Source: an uncultured Faecalicoccus sp.
GTDB lineage: Bacteria; Bacillota_I; Bacilli_A; Erysipelotrichales; Erysipelotrichaceae
Length of the DNA stretch: 64,000 nt
Assembly: GCF_944325745.1 (NCBI RefSeq)
Contig: NZ_CALVBG010000001.1
Span: 1,751 to 65,750 of the forward strand
Direction: 5' to 3'
The notes under the pieces are model-generated. The model was not told where the DNA came from. It saw only the letters and a list, made by a program, of their open reading frames with translations, and did no database searches. The position numbers were made by a program, and so were the translations under genes. Shown here piece by piece: positions 20,173 to 30,232 of this stretch. Positions within the stretch are counted from its first letter, which is position 1; each line of letters starts with the position of its first letter.

Positions 20173-21916
20173 ATTTTACATCGGAAATCACGATATGAAG
20201 CTCATCCAATTGTGCCTGATCGACTGGTGTCGGAGCTTTGGACATTGGACATTTCGCATTGGCATTTTTTGGGAACGCGATCACATCACGAATCGAATCG
20301 CTTTCGCTTAAAATCATAGCGATGCGATCCAATCCAAATGCCAATCCGCCATGAGGCGGAGTTCCATACTGGAAGGCATCGATAAAGAATCCAAATTTAT
20401 CTTTAATTTGCTGCTCAGTAAAGTCTAACAATTCAAAGATCTTTTCTTGAAGATGATTGTCGTAAATACGAAGACTTCCTCCCCCAAGTTCATAACCATT
20501 TAACACAATGTCATAGGCATTGGCACGTACTTTTTCGACATCCGTATCCAATAAAGGAATATCCTCCTGCATTGGCTGCGTAAAAGGATGATGACTTGCC
20601 TGATATCTTCCTAATTCTTCAGAGTATTCAAACATAGGAAATTCCGTAACCCAAAGGAATGAAAATTCGTCTTTATGTTTTAAACCAAGTTGACTACCGA
20701 TTTCATTTCTCAATGCGCCAAGAACAGTACACGTTCTTAACCATTGATCACTGACGATAAACAGACAGTCGTTTTCTTTTAATTGTAAATGTTCATAGAG
20801 CGCTTTGACTTCCTCATCTTTCAAGAATTTGCGTGCAGAACCTGTTAAATCGGAATCTAAGGCTTTTAAAACCACTAATCCCTTTGCACCGTTTTTCTTG
20901 GCTAAGGCAGTGAACGCATCGATTTGTTTTCGAGAGATATGAGCAAAATCAGGAACTACGATCCCTTTAATACTTCCGTTGGCATCGATCACGGAACGGA
21001 AAACTTGAAATTCAGTATTTTCAAATAATGCAGTCAATTCCTGAAGTTCCATTCCAAAACGATTATCCGGCTTATCACTACCATAGCGATTCATCGCTTC
21101 ATGGTAGGTCAACCGCAAAAACGGCGCCTGCACATCGATGCCCTTTACTTCTTTCATGAGTTTGACCATCATCTCTTCCATCATAGAAATGATTTCATCT
21201 TCGCTTAAGAAACTCGTTTCAATATCGACCTGTGTAAAATCGGTTTGGCGATCCGCTCTCAGATCCTCATCTCTGAAGCAGCGAGCGAACTGATAATAAC
21301 GTTCAAAACCGCTAATCATCAATAATTGTTTATAAAGCTGAGGAGATTGTGGTAAAGCATAGAAACTGCCCGGATGTACACGCGATGGAACCAGGTAGTC
21401 ACGCGCCCCTTCTGGGGTGCTCTTTCCTAACATTGGTGTTTCAATTTCGATAAATCCATGATGATCTAAAAAATCGCGTAGACTGCGTGTGATTTGATGG
21501 CGCATCATCAATTTTTTCTGCATAACCGGTCTTCTTAGATCCAAATAACGATATTCCAGACGAGTATCTTCTAATGCGTCTGTTTCGTCCGCAATGATCA
21601 AAGGCGTTGTTTTCGCCGTGTTTACGATTTCAAAGGACGAGACTTCGATTTCAATCTCACCTGTTGCTAAATCAGGATTTTTATCTTTTCGTTCGATCAC
21701 TTTCCCATGAACATGCAGCAGATATTCATTACGCACCGGTTTGATCTGTTCACTGAACTGTTCATTGAAAAGAAGCTGACAGATCCCTGTACGATCGCGT
21801 AAATCGATAAAATTTAATTGTCCAAAGTTTCGTTTTTTTGCGACCCATCCAATCAAGGAAACTTCTTGTCCAACATGTTCGAGACGCAATTCTCCATTAT
21901 AATGTGTTCTTTCCAT
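20171..21916 (-). CDS. aspS: Aspartyl-tRNA synthetase
   Basis: FIDLRDRTG, STPEGARDYLVPSR, ARCFRDEDLRADRQ, PPHGGLAFGLDR. Confidence 0.97.
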   Translation of the reverse strand: MERTHYNGELRLEHVGQEVSLIGWVAKKRNFGQLNFIDLRDRTGICQLLFNEQFSEQIKPVRNEYLLHVHGKVIERKDKNPDLATGEIEIEVSSFEIVNTAKTTPLIIADETDALEDTRLEYRYLDLRRPVMQKKLMMRHQITRSLRDFLDHHGFIEIETPMLGKSTPEGARDYLVPSRVHPGSFYALPQSPQLYKQLLMISGFERYYQFARCFRDEDLRADRQTDFTQVDIETSFLSEDEIISMMEEMMVKLMKEVKGIDVQAPFLRLTYHEAMNRYGSDKPDNRFGMELQELTALFENTEFQVFRSVIDANGSIKGIVVPDFAHISRKQIDAFTALAKKNGAKGLVVLKALDSDLTGSARKFLKDEEVKALYEHLQLKENDCLFIVSDQWLRTCTVLGALRNEIGSQLGLKHKDEFSFLWVTEFPMFEYSEELGRYQASHHPFTQPMQEDIPLLDTDVEKVRANAYDIVLNGYELGGGSLRIYDNHLQEKIFELLDFTEQQIKDKFGFFIDAFQYGTPPHGGLAFGLDRIAMILSESDSIRDVIAFPKNANAKCPMSKAPTPVDQAQLDELHIVISDVK

Positions 21917-21925
21917 AAATAATTC

Positions 21926-23224
21926 TTAATCCTCCTGATGATGATGTTCTGATTCCATGCGCTCATCCAAATATGCAATCAAATTTTCATTATCGATTGT
22001 AATCTGTTCTTTGTTTTGCAAATTTTTGATGGTGATTGTGTTCGTTGTTTTTTCATTGTCGCCAATCAATAAAGCATAATGAGCATGGGATCGATCGGCT
22101 GCCTTAAACTGCCCTTTAAAGCCTTTTCCTGTCATATCCATTTCACAGCGATAACCATAAGCACGTAGTTCGATCAAAGTTTGGAATGCATAACTGCGGG
22201 CACTTTCATCTAAACACATCACATAAACATCCAGATCTGGTTTCTTTTCCAGTTCAATGCCTTCCGCTTCTAACGCAATCAAAAGTCGTTCCATCCCTAA
22301 CGCCCAGCCAATTCCGCTCATCTCCTGGGGTCCACCGTAATATGGGATCAAATTGTCATAACGTCCACCAGCTAAAACTGTTGACTGAGCGCCCATCTCC
22401 GGATTTAAGGAAATGATTTCAAACACGGTATGTGTGTAATAATCAAGACCACGAACCAGGCCGGCATCCACTTCATATGGGATTTCCAGTTCATCAAGCA
22501 GTGAGAGAACGGTTTGAAAATACTCCTGGCTCGATGCATTGAGATATTCCGAGATCTTAGGAACATTTTGCATGCATGGATGATCCCGATCGACTTTACA
22601 ATCTAAGATCCTTAAAGGATTTTGTTCATATCGGCGTTTACAATCGGCACAAAGATCATCCAAATAAGGCGCAAAATAAGCTTTTAAAGCTTCACGATAG
22701 TCCTTTCTTGATTCTTCGTCTCCTAAGGTGTTGATACAAACTTTTAGGTCTTGCAGGCCTAAAGCTTTTAAGATCGAATACGCTAAAACGATCGTTTCAA
22801 CATCCGTATAGGGACTTTTGTTGCCTAAACATTCAACACCAAATTGATTGAACAAACGCAATCTTCCCTTTTGAGGACGTTCATGACGGGCCATCATGCC
22901 CATATAGAATAATTTGACAGGAAGATCAGGGTTCGCATACATTTTATTCTCCACAAAAGATCGAACGACACCGGCAGTTCCTTCAGGACGAATCGTTAAC
23001 GATGTTTTTGAATTCTCCGGATTAAAAGTGTACATTTCTTTATTGACCATATCGCTGGAGTCGTTTTCTCTTTTAAATACATTGGTATGTTCAAAAATAG
23101 GTGTGCGAATCTCATCATAGTTATAGAGATAACAAAATTCACGTAATGTTCTTTCAATGCTTTGCCAGGCGTAACTGTCTTCCGGTAATAAATCCTGACA
23201 GCCACGAGGGATTTGATATGCCAT
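21926..23224 (-). CDS. hisS: Histidyl-tRNA synthetase
   Basis: PRGCQD, RPEGTAG, RHERPQKGRLR, LVRGLDYY, GGRYD; start MAYQIPRG with GGAGG RBS. Confidence 0.96.
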   Translation of the reverse strand: MAYQIPRGCQDLLPEDSYAWQSIERTLREFCYLYNYDEIRTPIFEHTNVFKRENDSSDMVNKEMYTFNPENSKTSLTIRPEGTAGVVRSFVENKMYANPDLPVKLFYMGMMARHERPQKGRLRLFNQFGVECLGNKSPYTDVETIVLAYSILKALGLQDLKVCINTLGDEESRKDYREALKAYFAPYLDDLCADCKRRYEQNPLRILDCKVDRDHPCMQNVPKISEYLNASSQEYFQTVLSLLDELEIPYEVDAGLVRGLDYYTHTVFEIISLNPEMGAQSTVLAGGRYDNLIPYYGGPQEMSGIGWALGMERLLIALEAEGIELEKKPDLDVYVMCLDESARSYAFQTLIELRAYGYRCEMDMTGKGFKGQFKAADRSHAHYALLIGDNEKTTNTITIKNLQNKEQITIDNENLIAYLDERMESEHHHQED

Positions 23225-23243
23225 AATTTCCTCCTTATTAAGC

Positions 23244-23440
23244 AAAAAAACGCCCTTATATAAGGACGTTTTCACGCGGTACCACCTTACTTCATGTTCT
23301 AGGAACATGCACTCATGTCTTAACGCGACAAACGGTCAGCTTTTAACTGACTTCTCCAAAGTGTCTTCTTGTTTTCCGCTAGATCTTTCCACCAGCCAGA
23401 TCTTCTCTATAAGCTTCTAAACAAGCCTGTCTTCTTCAAC
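23244..23440 (-). promoter_or_regulatory. T-box riboswitch upstream of hisS-aspS
   Basis: T-box AAGGTGGTACCGCG at 23288-23275, AGAGA and GGTGGAA stem I motifs, specifier region GAAGACAC, terminator GTCCTTAT..ATAAGGGCG-T7. Confidence 0.9.
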
Positions 23441-23443
23441 GAA

Positions 23444-24169
23444 TTAATTTAAATTATCTACATTGTGATAGACATTTTGAACATCGTCAACATCATCCAG
23501 TAATGTAACCAGTCGTTTGAACAAATCGAGATCTTCCCCTTCTAAAGAAACCGTTTCATTGGGAACCATCTTATCTTCCAGCACTTCAAACTTAACACCC
23601 GGGATCAATGCTTCGATTGCTTCCTTGGCATCATCAAGTTGCGTAGGCTCGACAGTGATGGTCATATAGCCTTCTTCGATTTCAATTTCTTTAAGGTCGA
23701 TGTCTTTTTCGATCAGGCAATCCATCATCGCTTCTTCATCATCATATTGAATCACGAAAACCCCTAAATGTTCATACCCGAAACTAACGGATCCGCCTAC
23801 ACCTAATTTTGCATGGCTCTTATTAAAGCAGGCACGAAGATTCGCAATGGTACGATTTGGATTATCCGTCAAGCAGTCAATAATGATCGTGCTTCCTCCA
23901 CCAGACCCGAAGCCTTCATAGCGAGCACTTGAATAATTTTCATCAGCACTTGATTTTGCCTTGTCAATTGCACGCTTAATAACATCAGCGGGGACATTGT
24001 TGGCTTTCGCACGTTCGATTGCCTTTTTCAATGTCTGATTCATATCTGGATTTGGATCCCCATTTTTAGCAGCTACCAAGATTTCTTTTGAATATCGAGA
24101 ATAGATCTTGGCTTTTTGATTTGCGGTCTTCTGCATTGCCGCAGCACGTACTTCAAAATGTCTTCCCAT
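23444..24169 (-). CDS. YebC/PmpR family protein
   Basis: NPDMN..L..AI..AK..NVP, YEGFG, LTDNPNRT, DDVQNVYHN. Confidence 0.93.
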   Translation of the reverse strand: MGRHFEVRAAAMQKTANQKAKIYSRYSKEILVAAKNGDPNPDMNQTLKKAIERAKANNVPADVIKRAIDKAKSSADENYSSARYEGFGSGGGSTIIIDCLTDNPNRTIANLRACFNKSHAKLGVGGSVSFGYEHLGVFVIQYDDEEAMMDCLIEKDIDLKEIEIEEGYMTITVEPTQLDDAKEAIEALIPGVKFEVLEDKMVPNETVSLEGEDLDLFKRLVTLLDDVDDVQNVYHNVDNLN

Positions 24170-24211
24170 TTATTTCACCTCAAATTCCTTTCTAGTATAG
24201 CTTAGAGCTCT

Positions 24212-25162
24212 CTATTTTTCAATCTCTGCATATCGCTCAATGATTTTTTGCACGAGCGGATGACGAACCACATCTGCATTCTGCATATGCACGATTCCAA
24301 TTTGATCGATATCCGTTAAGATCTGAGTTGCTTGTAACAAACCGGAATCTTCTTTGCGGATCAAATCTATCTGAGTGATATCTCCGTTGACGATCAGTTG
24401 TGCTTCATTGCCCATTCGTGTTAAAAACATCTTCATCTGTGATTTTGTAGTATTTTGAGCTTCATCTAAAATAACAATTGCTTTGTTTAAAGTTCGACCT
24501 CGCATAAAGGCTAAGGGTGCAATTTCAATGACTTGTTTTTCAATCAGTTTTTCAACCGTTTCAACACCAAGCATATCGTATAATGCATCATAAAGCGGGC
24601 GCAGGTAAGGATCTACTTTTTCCTTCATATCTCCTGGTAAAAAACCTAAAGATTCGCCAGCTTCCACCGCAGGACGAGTTAAAATGATCTTTTCGATTTT
24701 ATGCTCTTTTAATGCATTGACGGCATGGCAAACAGCTAAGTAAGTTTTCCCTGTCCCGGCTACACCCGTAGCGAATATGATATTGTAATGTCGAAAGGCT
24801 TCACATAAAATAGCCTGCCCTAGCGTTTTAGGATAAATGACTTTTCCAGATTTGGTCTTTGCGACCATTTGAAGATGAGAAGGTTTAAATTGATTTAATT
24901 TCTCATCCTTGGCCAATCGACATAGATAAGAGATGTCTTGGCGTGAGAGCGTTCGATGGCGATCGATCAATTGAAAACAAGCTTGAACGACTTGCTGGAT
25001 CAGTTCAAACTGCTCAGACTCAAACTTCAGCATTTGATCTCGTAAAATGAAGTCACATTTAAAAAATTTTTTTAATTCGGATAAGTTTTCATCTTCAAAC
25101 CCAATAAACTGTTGAATAGATTCAAAACTTTTATCGCTCAAATCGATTGTGTGAAAAGTCAT
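24212..25162 (-). CDS. phoH: PhoH-like ATPase
   Basis: GVAGTGKTYLA, RPAVEAGESLGFLPGD, MRGRTL, DEAQN, VVRHPLV. Confidence 0.92.
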   Translation of the reverse strand: MTFHTIDLSDKSFESIQQFIGFEDENLSELKKFFKCDFILRDQMLKFESEQFELIQQVVQACFQLIDRHRTLSRQDISYLCRLAKDEKLNQFKPSHLQMVAKTKSGKVIYPKTLGQAILCEAFRHYNIIFATGVAGTGKTYLAVCHAVNALKEHKIEKIILTRPAVEAGESLGFLPGDMKEKVDPYLRPLYDALYDMLGVETVEKLIEKQVIEIAPLAFMRGRTLNKAIVILDEAQNTTKSQMKMFLTRMGNEAQLIVNGDITQIDLIRKEDSGLLQATQILTDIDQIGIVHMQNADVVRHPLVQKIIERYAEIEK

Positions 25163-25204
25163 GATTCCTCCTTAAACACAAAAAGAATCTGCAAATGCAG
25201 ATCC

Positions 25205-25384
25205 TTATTTTCCTCTACGTGCCTTACGTGCAGCTTCTGATTTCAACTTTCTGCGTACACCTGGTTTTACGTAAAATTCTCTTTTTCGGGCCTCAGCAAG
25301 GGTGCCGTTTCGAGAAACCTGACGCTTGAATCTTCTTAATGCATCATCAAGCTGTTCGTTCTCTTTAAGAACTACCTTTGGCAT
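25205..25384 (-). CDS. rpsU: 30S ribosomal protein S21
   Basis: [23 protein letters not shown]; GGAGG RBS; promoter TTGAAA-17-TATAAT at 25449-25421. Confidence 0.95.
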   Translation of the reverse strand: MPKVVLKENEQLDDALRRFKRQVSRNGTLAEARKREFYVKPGVRRKLKSEAARKARRGK

Positions 25385-25480
25385 CAAATAACCTCCCTTC
25401 CTGAGTTAATAACCATTCGAATTATAGCAAACCCATTCTTCGATTTCAAGTTTGAAAGGCCGATTTGGCCAAGAAAATCG

Positions 25481-26941
25481 TTAAGAGTCGATGTTTTCGG
25501 CATATCCGGCCGCTTTTAAACATTCCACAGCACAAATGTTGTCCCCTACCCAAGGGACTCTTCCGCTCTCGTGGTACATAAAAGGTTCATCCCCTTTTCC
25601 CAAGATCAATACAACATCCCCTTTGGATGCATTATCAATTGCCTGGCGAATTGCTTCATAGCGGTCTTCCACAAAGAGATTCGGTTTATTTTGAATTCCT
25701 TCTTTGATTTGATCTGCGATATCTTTGGGATTTTCATCACGAGGATCATCTTCCGTTAATATGATCAGATCGGCATATTGATCCGCCAATTCACCAAATA
25801 CTTTTCGTTTGGCGATATCACGTTTTCCTGCCGAACCAAAGACAGTGATCACACGCCCTTTATCCGCAGCCACCTGGCGACCATAGCGAAGCATTTGTTC
25901 CATTCCATCCGGCGTATGGGCAAAATCAACCACCACATGGAATGGCTGCCCACATTCGATTTGTTCCATTCGTCCATCGATTTGCGGAATCTTTGTACAA
26001 GACTGAAGAATGACAGGCAAACTCATGCCCGTTTCATGTAAGGCAGCGATACAAGCTAAAAGATTATAGACATTATATCGCGCAACTAAACTTGTCTTAA
26101 CAGGATATTTTTGTCCTTTGTATGCGAGATCAAACGTTGTCGATTTCGCATTTTCATGAATATTGATGGCCCGGTAATCGCAATTCTGATCAATACCGTA
26201 AGAAACAACACGAGCGCGGGAACATTCTTTTAAATCTTCGTAGCGATCATCATCGATATTTAAGATCGAAATCCCATCTTCTTTGACCAGCTGTTTAAAC
26301 AAAATGGATTTTGCCTCAAAATAATTTTCCATCGTTCCGTGAAAATCGAGGTGGTCGTAAGTCAGATTGGTAAAGATCGCAACATCAAAACGAATCCCAT
26401 CAACACGATGTTGAGACAATCCATGACTGCTGACCTCCAGAGCACAAGATTTCATTCCGGCGCGCACCATATCGCTGAGCTTTCTTTGAAGAAACAACGC
26501 ATCCGGCGTAGTCAAGTCAGGAGCAATCCGAACCTTGCCATATTCGATTGCTATGGTGCCGATATAACCGCAAGGTTCTTTAAGATCACGAATATATTTG
26601 ATGATATTTGCACAAGAACTCTTTCCGTTTGTTCCTGTAATTCCATACATAGTCATCTTATCCGATGGTTTTGAATAAAATAATCGTGCACATTGGTTCA
26701 TGCATGTCGTTACATCCTCAACTTGGATATAGATGACTCCGGGGATCTTATCGATAATCTCCTTGGAATGAACGATAGCAATCGCACCTTTTTCAATCGC
26801 TTGCGGAATAAAATCGTGACCATCAAAAGTCATTCCTGATAAACAGAAATACATATCTCCTTTTTTTACTTTCCGGGAATCAAAACAAAGTCCCGTAATA
26901 TTGACTGTGGGAGCATTTTTAAATAGCTTACTTAATCGCAT
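25481..26941 (-). CDS. murE: UDP-MurNAc-dipeptide amino acid ligase MurE
   Basis: DSRKV, GITGTNGKS, LEVSSH, TNLTYDHLDFH, DFAHTPD, DDPR, GKG. Confidence 0.93.
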   Translation of the reverse strand: MRLSKLFKNAPTVNITGLCFDSRKVKKGDMYFCLSGMTFDGHDFIPQAIEKGAIAIVHSKEIIDKIPGVIYIQVEDVTTCMNQCARLFYSKPSDKMTMYGITGTNGKSSCANIIKYIRDLKEPCGYIGTIAIEYGKVRIAPDLTTPDALFLQRKLSDMVRAGMKSCALEVSSHGLSQHRVDGIRFDVAIFTNLTYDHLDFHGTMENYFEAKSILFKQLVKEDGISILNIDDDRYEDLKECSRARVVSYGIDQNCDYRAINIHENAKSTTFDLAYKGQKYPVKTSLVARYNVYNLLACIAALHETGMSLPVILQSCTKIPQIDGRMEQIECGQPFHVVVDFAHTPDGMEQMLRYGRQVAADKGRVITVFGSAGKRDIAKRKVFGELADQYADLIILTEDDPRDENPKDIADQIKEGIQNKPNLFVEDRYEAIRQAIDNASKGDVVLILGKGDEPFMYHESGRVPWVGDNICAVECLKAAGYAENIDS

Positions 26942-28230
26942 GAAAATCCTTCTTTCTGATTGACGATATAAACATTGTTTTCAATTCGATCCCATCGACA
27001 TTGAATGCGACCGAACAGCGGTTTGTCTGAAATAATCTGTACCGGATGATATTGAGAGGAATATCCATGATAGACTCCGGGTGGATCTTGTTTTTCTATC
27101 AAGACATCCAAGGTTGAAAAACGCTGCATGTCGTTATAGCGAAGACAAGAAGAGAGTTCTAATAATTGAGAAACTCTTTGTTTCGCAATCGAGCCATGGA
27201 CCTCACCTTTCATGGTACTCGCTTTGGTTCCGTTTCTTTTCGAATACGGGAAAACGTGCATAAAAGAAAAACGACATTTTTCCATGTTCTTTAATGTGGT
27301 TTGGAATTCTTCATCACTTTCTTGTACAAATCCGCAGATCACATCCGTTGAAATGGAGATATCGGGGATCTCTTTGCGAATGTGTTCTAATCTAGCGATA
27401 AATTCTTCGATCGTATAAGGCCGATTCATTCGTTTCAACGTCTCATTACATCCCGACTGTACAGGAATATGTAGATGATGACAAAGACGCTTATGATGTT
27501 TCATCAAATCAATCAAGGTATCGTCAACTTCAGTGATCTCAATACTGGAAATACGAAAATAGACTTCTTCGTCAACCTTTTCAAGCAGGACTTTTAATAA
27601 ATCACTTAATGATTTTCCTTGATCAAAATATCGTCCAGTATGGATCCCTGTCAACACGATCTCGCGATGTCCTTTTTTCGCAAGTTCTTGAGCGATGGAA
27701 ACCGCGTGTTCGAATTTTAATGACCGCTGAGGACCGCGAGCATACGGAATCGCACAATACGTACAAAATTGATTACATCCATCTTCGATTTTCAAAAAAG
27801 CGCGATGTTTAGATTCAAAAACATGAATGGGCATTTCTTCGAACTGGGTAAAATCTGAAATGTCATCAACGAGATCTTTTGTTTGATGTTCTTGAATCAG
27901 CGATTCAATCAAAAAGACGAGTTGATTTTTATATTTAGCCCCAATGATGAGATCTGCTTTTAGGTCTTCTCGTTGTTTAGGCGTGGCATTTTGTACATAA
28001 CAGCCGACCACAACGATCAAGGCATTGGGATTTCGCTTTTTTAAAGCATGGATTTTCTGACGAGATTTAGAAGCTGCCGTATTTGTGACCGTACACGTAT
28101 TGATAATGCATAGATCGGCAGGTTCATCCGGATTGACGACGATAAATCCGTGCTCCTGGAGTTGTTGAGCATAGTAATTCGATTCGTATGCATTAACTTT
28201 ACATCCCAATGTCGTAATCGAAACCCGCAT
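26932..28230 (-). CDS. mtaB: tRNA t6A37 methylthiotransferase
   Basis: TLGCKVN.YES, NTCTVT, GCNQFCTYC, HVFPYSKR; follows rsmE. Confidence 0.92.
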   Translation of the reverse strand: MRVSITTLGCKVNAYESNYYAQQLQEHGFIVVNPDEPADLCIINTCTVTNTAASKSRQKIHALKKRNPNALIVVVGCYVQNATPKQREDLKADLIIGAKYKNQLVFLIESLIQEHQTKDLVDDISDFTQFEEMPIHVFESKHRAFLKIEDGCNQFCTYCAIPYARGPQRSLKFEHAVSIAQELAKKGHREIVLTGIHTGRYFDQGKSLSDLLKVLLEKVDEEVYFRISSIEITEVDDTLIDLMKHHKRLCHHLHIPVQSGCNETLKRMNRPYTIEEFIARLEHIRKEIPDISISTDVICGFVQESDEEFQTTLKNMEKCRFSFMHVFPYSKRNGTKASTMKGEVHGSIAKQRVSQLLELSSCLRYNDMQRFSTLDVLIEKQDPPGVYHGYSSQYHPVQIISDKPLFGRIQCRWDRIENNVYIVNQKEGFSCD

Positions 28231-28959
28231 TTATTGTTCCTCCTTTGACAAAGAATGTTGATAATCAATGCAAGATAAAGCATAAAAGGCGGCTGTCTCA
28301 GCGCGTAAGATCCTTTTGCCTAATGTGACAGGGATAAAATGATCATCTTCTAAAATATCGATCTCATTCACATCAAAGCCCCCTTCCGGCCCGATTACGA
28401 TCGTAATGCTGCCGGGGTCTTTTTTTAAAAAATGCGAGAGATGATAAGCGGGATCATTTTGTTTTTCGTAACAAACCAAATTACAATCTTGCTGATAGTT
28501 GTGCAAAGATTCAATATTTTGTATCGCTTCTAATTCAACGAGATCATTGCGGTTGCATTGTTTACACGCATCGAAAATAATCTGCTGCCATCGTTCCATT
28601 TTTTTGTCCATTTTTTTCGGGTCAATTCGAATAATGCTGAAAGCAGAAGTGAAAGGAACGATCTTCGTTACACCTAATTCACAAGCTTTTTGAAGAATCA
28701 ATTCAAAACGATCCTGTTTGATCAAAGACGTACACAGCGTAATGTGCTTAGCACTTCGCGGAACTTCTATCTCATCAAAAACATAGAGATACGGTTTATC
28801 TAAAGGATGTGCCAGAAAAGTACCGCCCTTTTTGCTGACAACGCGAATGGTCTCTTTTTTTTGGATGCGCAGAACATCAAAAAGATGGTGTGCTTGTTTA
28901 GGATCTAACGAAATCGGCGCATGAAGCATACATGGATCTTCTACAAAAACTTGTTTCAT
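28231..28959 (-). CDS. rsmE: 16S rRNA m3U1498 methyltransferase
   Basis: QKACELGV, IGPEGGF, LGKRILRAETA. Confidence 0.93.
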   Translation of the reverse strand: MKQVFVEDPCMLHAPISLDPKQAHHLFDVLRIQKKETIRVVSKKGGTFLAHPLDKPYLYVFDEIEVPRSAKHITLCTSLIKQDRFELILQKACELGVTKIVPFTSAFSIIRIDPKKMDKKMERWQQIIFDACKQCNRNDLVELEAIQNIESLHNYQQDCNLVCYEKQNDPAYHLSHFLKKDPGSITIVIGPEGGFDVNEIDILEDDHFIPVTLGKRILRAETAAFYALSCIDYQHSLSKEEQ

Positions 28960-29684
28960 TTGCATCCTCCTTGCATACTTAAATTCATTAACTTCTTAAC
29001 TTCAAAAGGTTTTAGACGACGATATTCACCCGGTTTTAAATCATCCGCACTGATAAAAGCGAAACGCGTTCTGTGTAAACGGCGAACATGATGCCCTAGA
29101 GCTTCCATCATTTTTTTCACTTGATGATTTTTTCCTTCATAGATTGTCAATTCAAAGCGACATCTTTGCAGAACCGGATCCGTTTCTAACAGATGGACCC
29201 GGCAAGGCTGATAATCGGCTTCTTTGGTATGGAGCCCCTTTCGAAGATCGCGAATATCCTGGTCCGATAGAATTCCCTGAAGATTGACAAGGTATGTCTT
29301 AGGCAGATGATATCTTGGATGGATCATTTGATTGGTGAACTGTCCGTCATTGGTCAAAAACAATACGCCGCTGGTATCGTAATCCAAACGTCCTACCGGA
29401 TAGATTCGTTCCTTGACAGAGATATAGTCTAATACGGTTTTGCGATTATATTGATCTTTGCTGGTGGTAACACAGCCTTTTGGTTTGTTGATGACATAAT
29501 AGATTTTTTCTTCTTTTTCAATCCGTTTTCCATCCACTTGAATGTCATCTTGCGGACGAACCTTGGTTCCTAAAATATCAACGATTTTCCCATTGACCTT
29601 CACTCTTCCCTGCAAGATCAGTTCTTCGGCTTTACGGCGCGAACAATATCCGGATTGTGCGATGATTTTTTGTAAACGTTCCAC
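28956..29684 (-). CDS. rluB: rRNA pseudouridine synthase RluB family
   Basis: RLQKIIA..G.CSRRKAE, PVGRLDYDTSG, EGKNHQVK; after scpAB. Confidence 0.88.
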   Translation of the reverse strand: MERLQKIIAQSGYCSRRKAEELILQGRVKVNGKIVDILGTKVRPQDDIQVDGKRIEKEEKIYYVINKPKGCVTTSKDQYNRKTVLDYISVKERIYPVGRLDYDTSGVLFLTNDGQFTNQMIHPRYHLPKTYLVNLQGILSDQDIRDLRKGLHTKEADYQPCRVHLLETDPVLQRCRFELTIYEGKNHQVKKMMEALGHHVRRLHRTRFAFISADDLKPGEYRRLKPFEVKKLMNLSMQGGCK

Positions 29685-30232
29685 TACGCATCATCCTCCT
29701 TGAATAATTCATCTTCTTGGGCAATGGTGGGAAGATCTGGCAATTCTGCCAAGGTCTGGAGTTGAAAAGCATCTAAAAAGGCATCTGTAACACAATAGAG
29801 CAAGGGTTTCCCCACCGCATCCAAGCGATCTTTGGCATCTACTAAACCACGTGCCTGCAGTTTTTTCAACATCATTTCACAATTTACGCCGCGAATCTCT
29901 TCTATTTCTACACGTGTGATCGGCTGCTTATAAGCGATGATTGCTAAAGTTTCCAGAGCAGCCTGAGAAAGTGTCGGAGTTTTTATCGATTCAAAAAGCT
30001 TTTGTCCATAAGGATATACACTTTCTTTTGTGACAAATTTGTAACGGCTGGCGTATTCAACCAGTTCAAATCCGTGTTCCTGGTCCTGATATTCTTGTTT
30101 TAATTGGTCAAGGATGTCATTGAGGGTCGAATCTGAATCACAATCAACAGCTTGTTTGATTTGTTGAAAAGAAAGACCTTCTTCTCCGCTTAAAAAAATC
30201 AAACCTTCAACGATTGATTTGTACTCTTTCAT
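29684..30232 (-). CDS. scpB: SMC-Scp complex subunit ScpB
   Basis: LSQAALETLAIIAYKQPITR.EIEEIRGV. Confidence 0.95.
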   Translation of the reverse strand: MKEYKSIVEGLIFLSGEEGLSFQQIKQAVDCDSDSTLNDILDQLKQEYQDQEHGFELVEYASRYKFVTKESVYPYGQKLFESIKTPTLSQAALETLAIIAYKQPITRVEIEEIRGVNCEMMLKKLQARGLVDAKDRLDAVGKPLLYCVTDAFLDAFQLQTLAELPDLPTIAQEDELFKEDDA

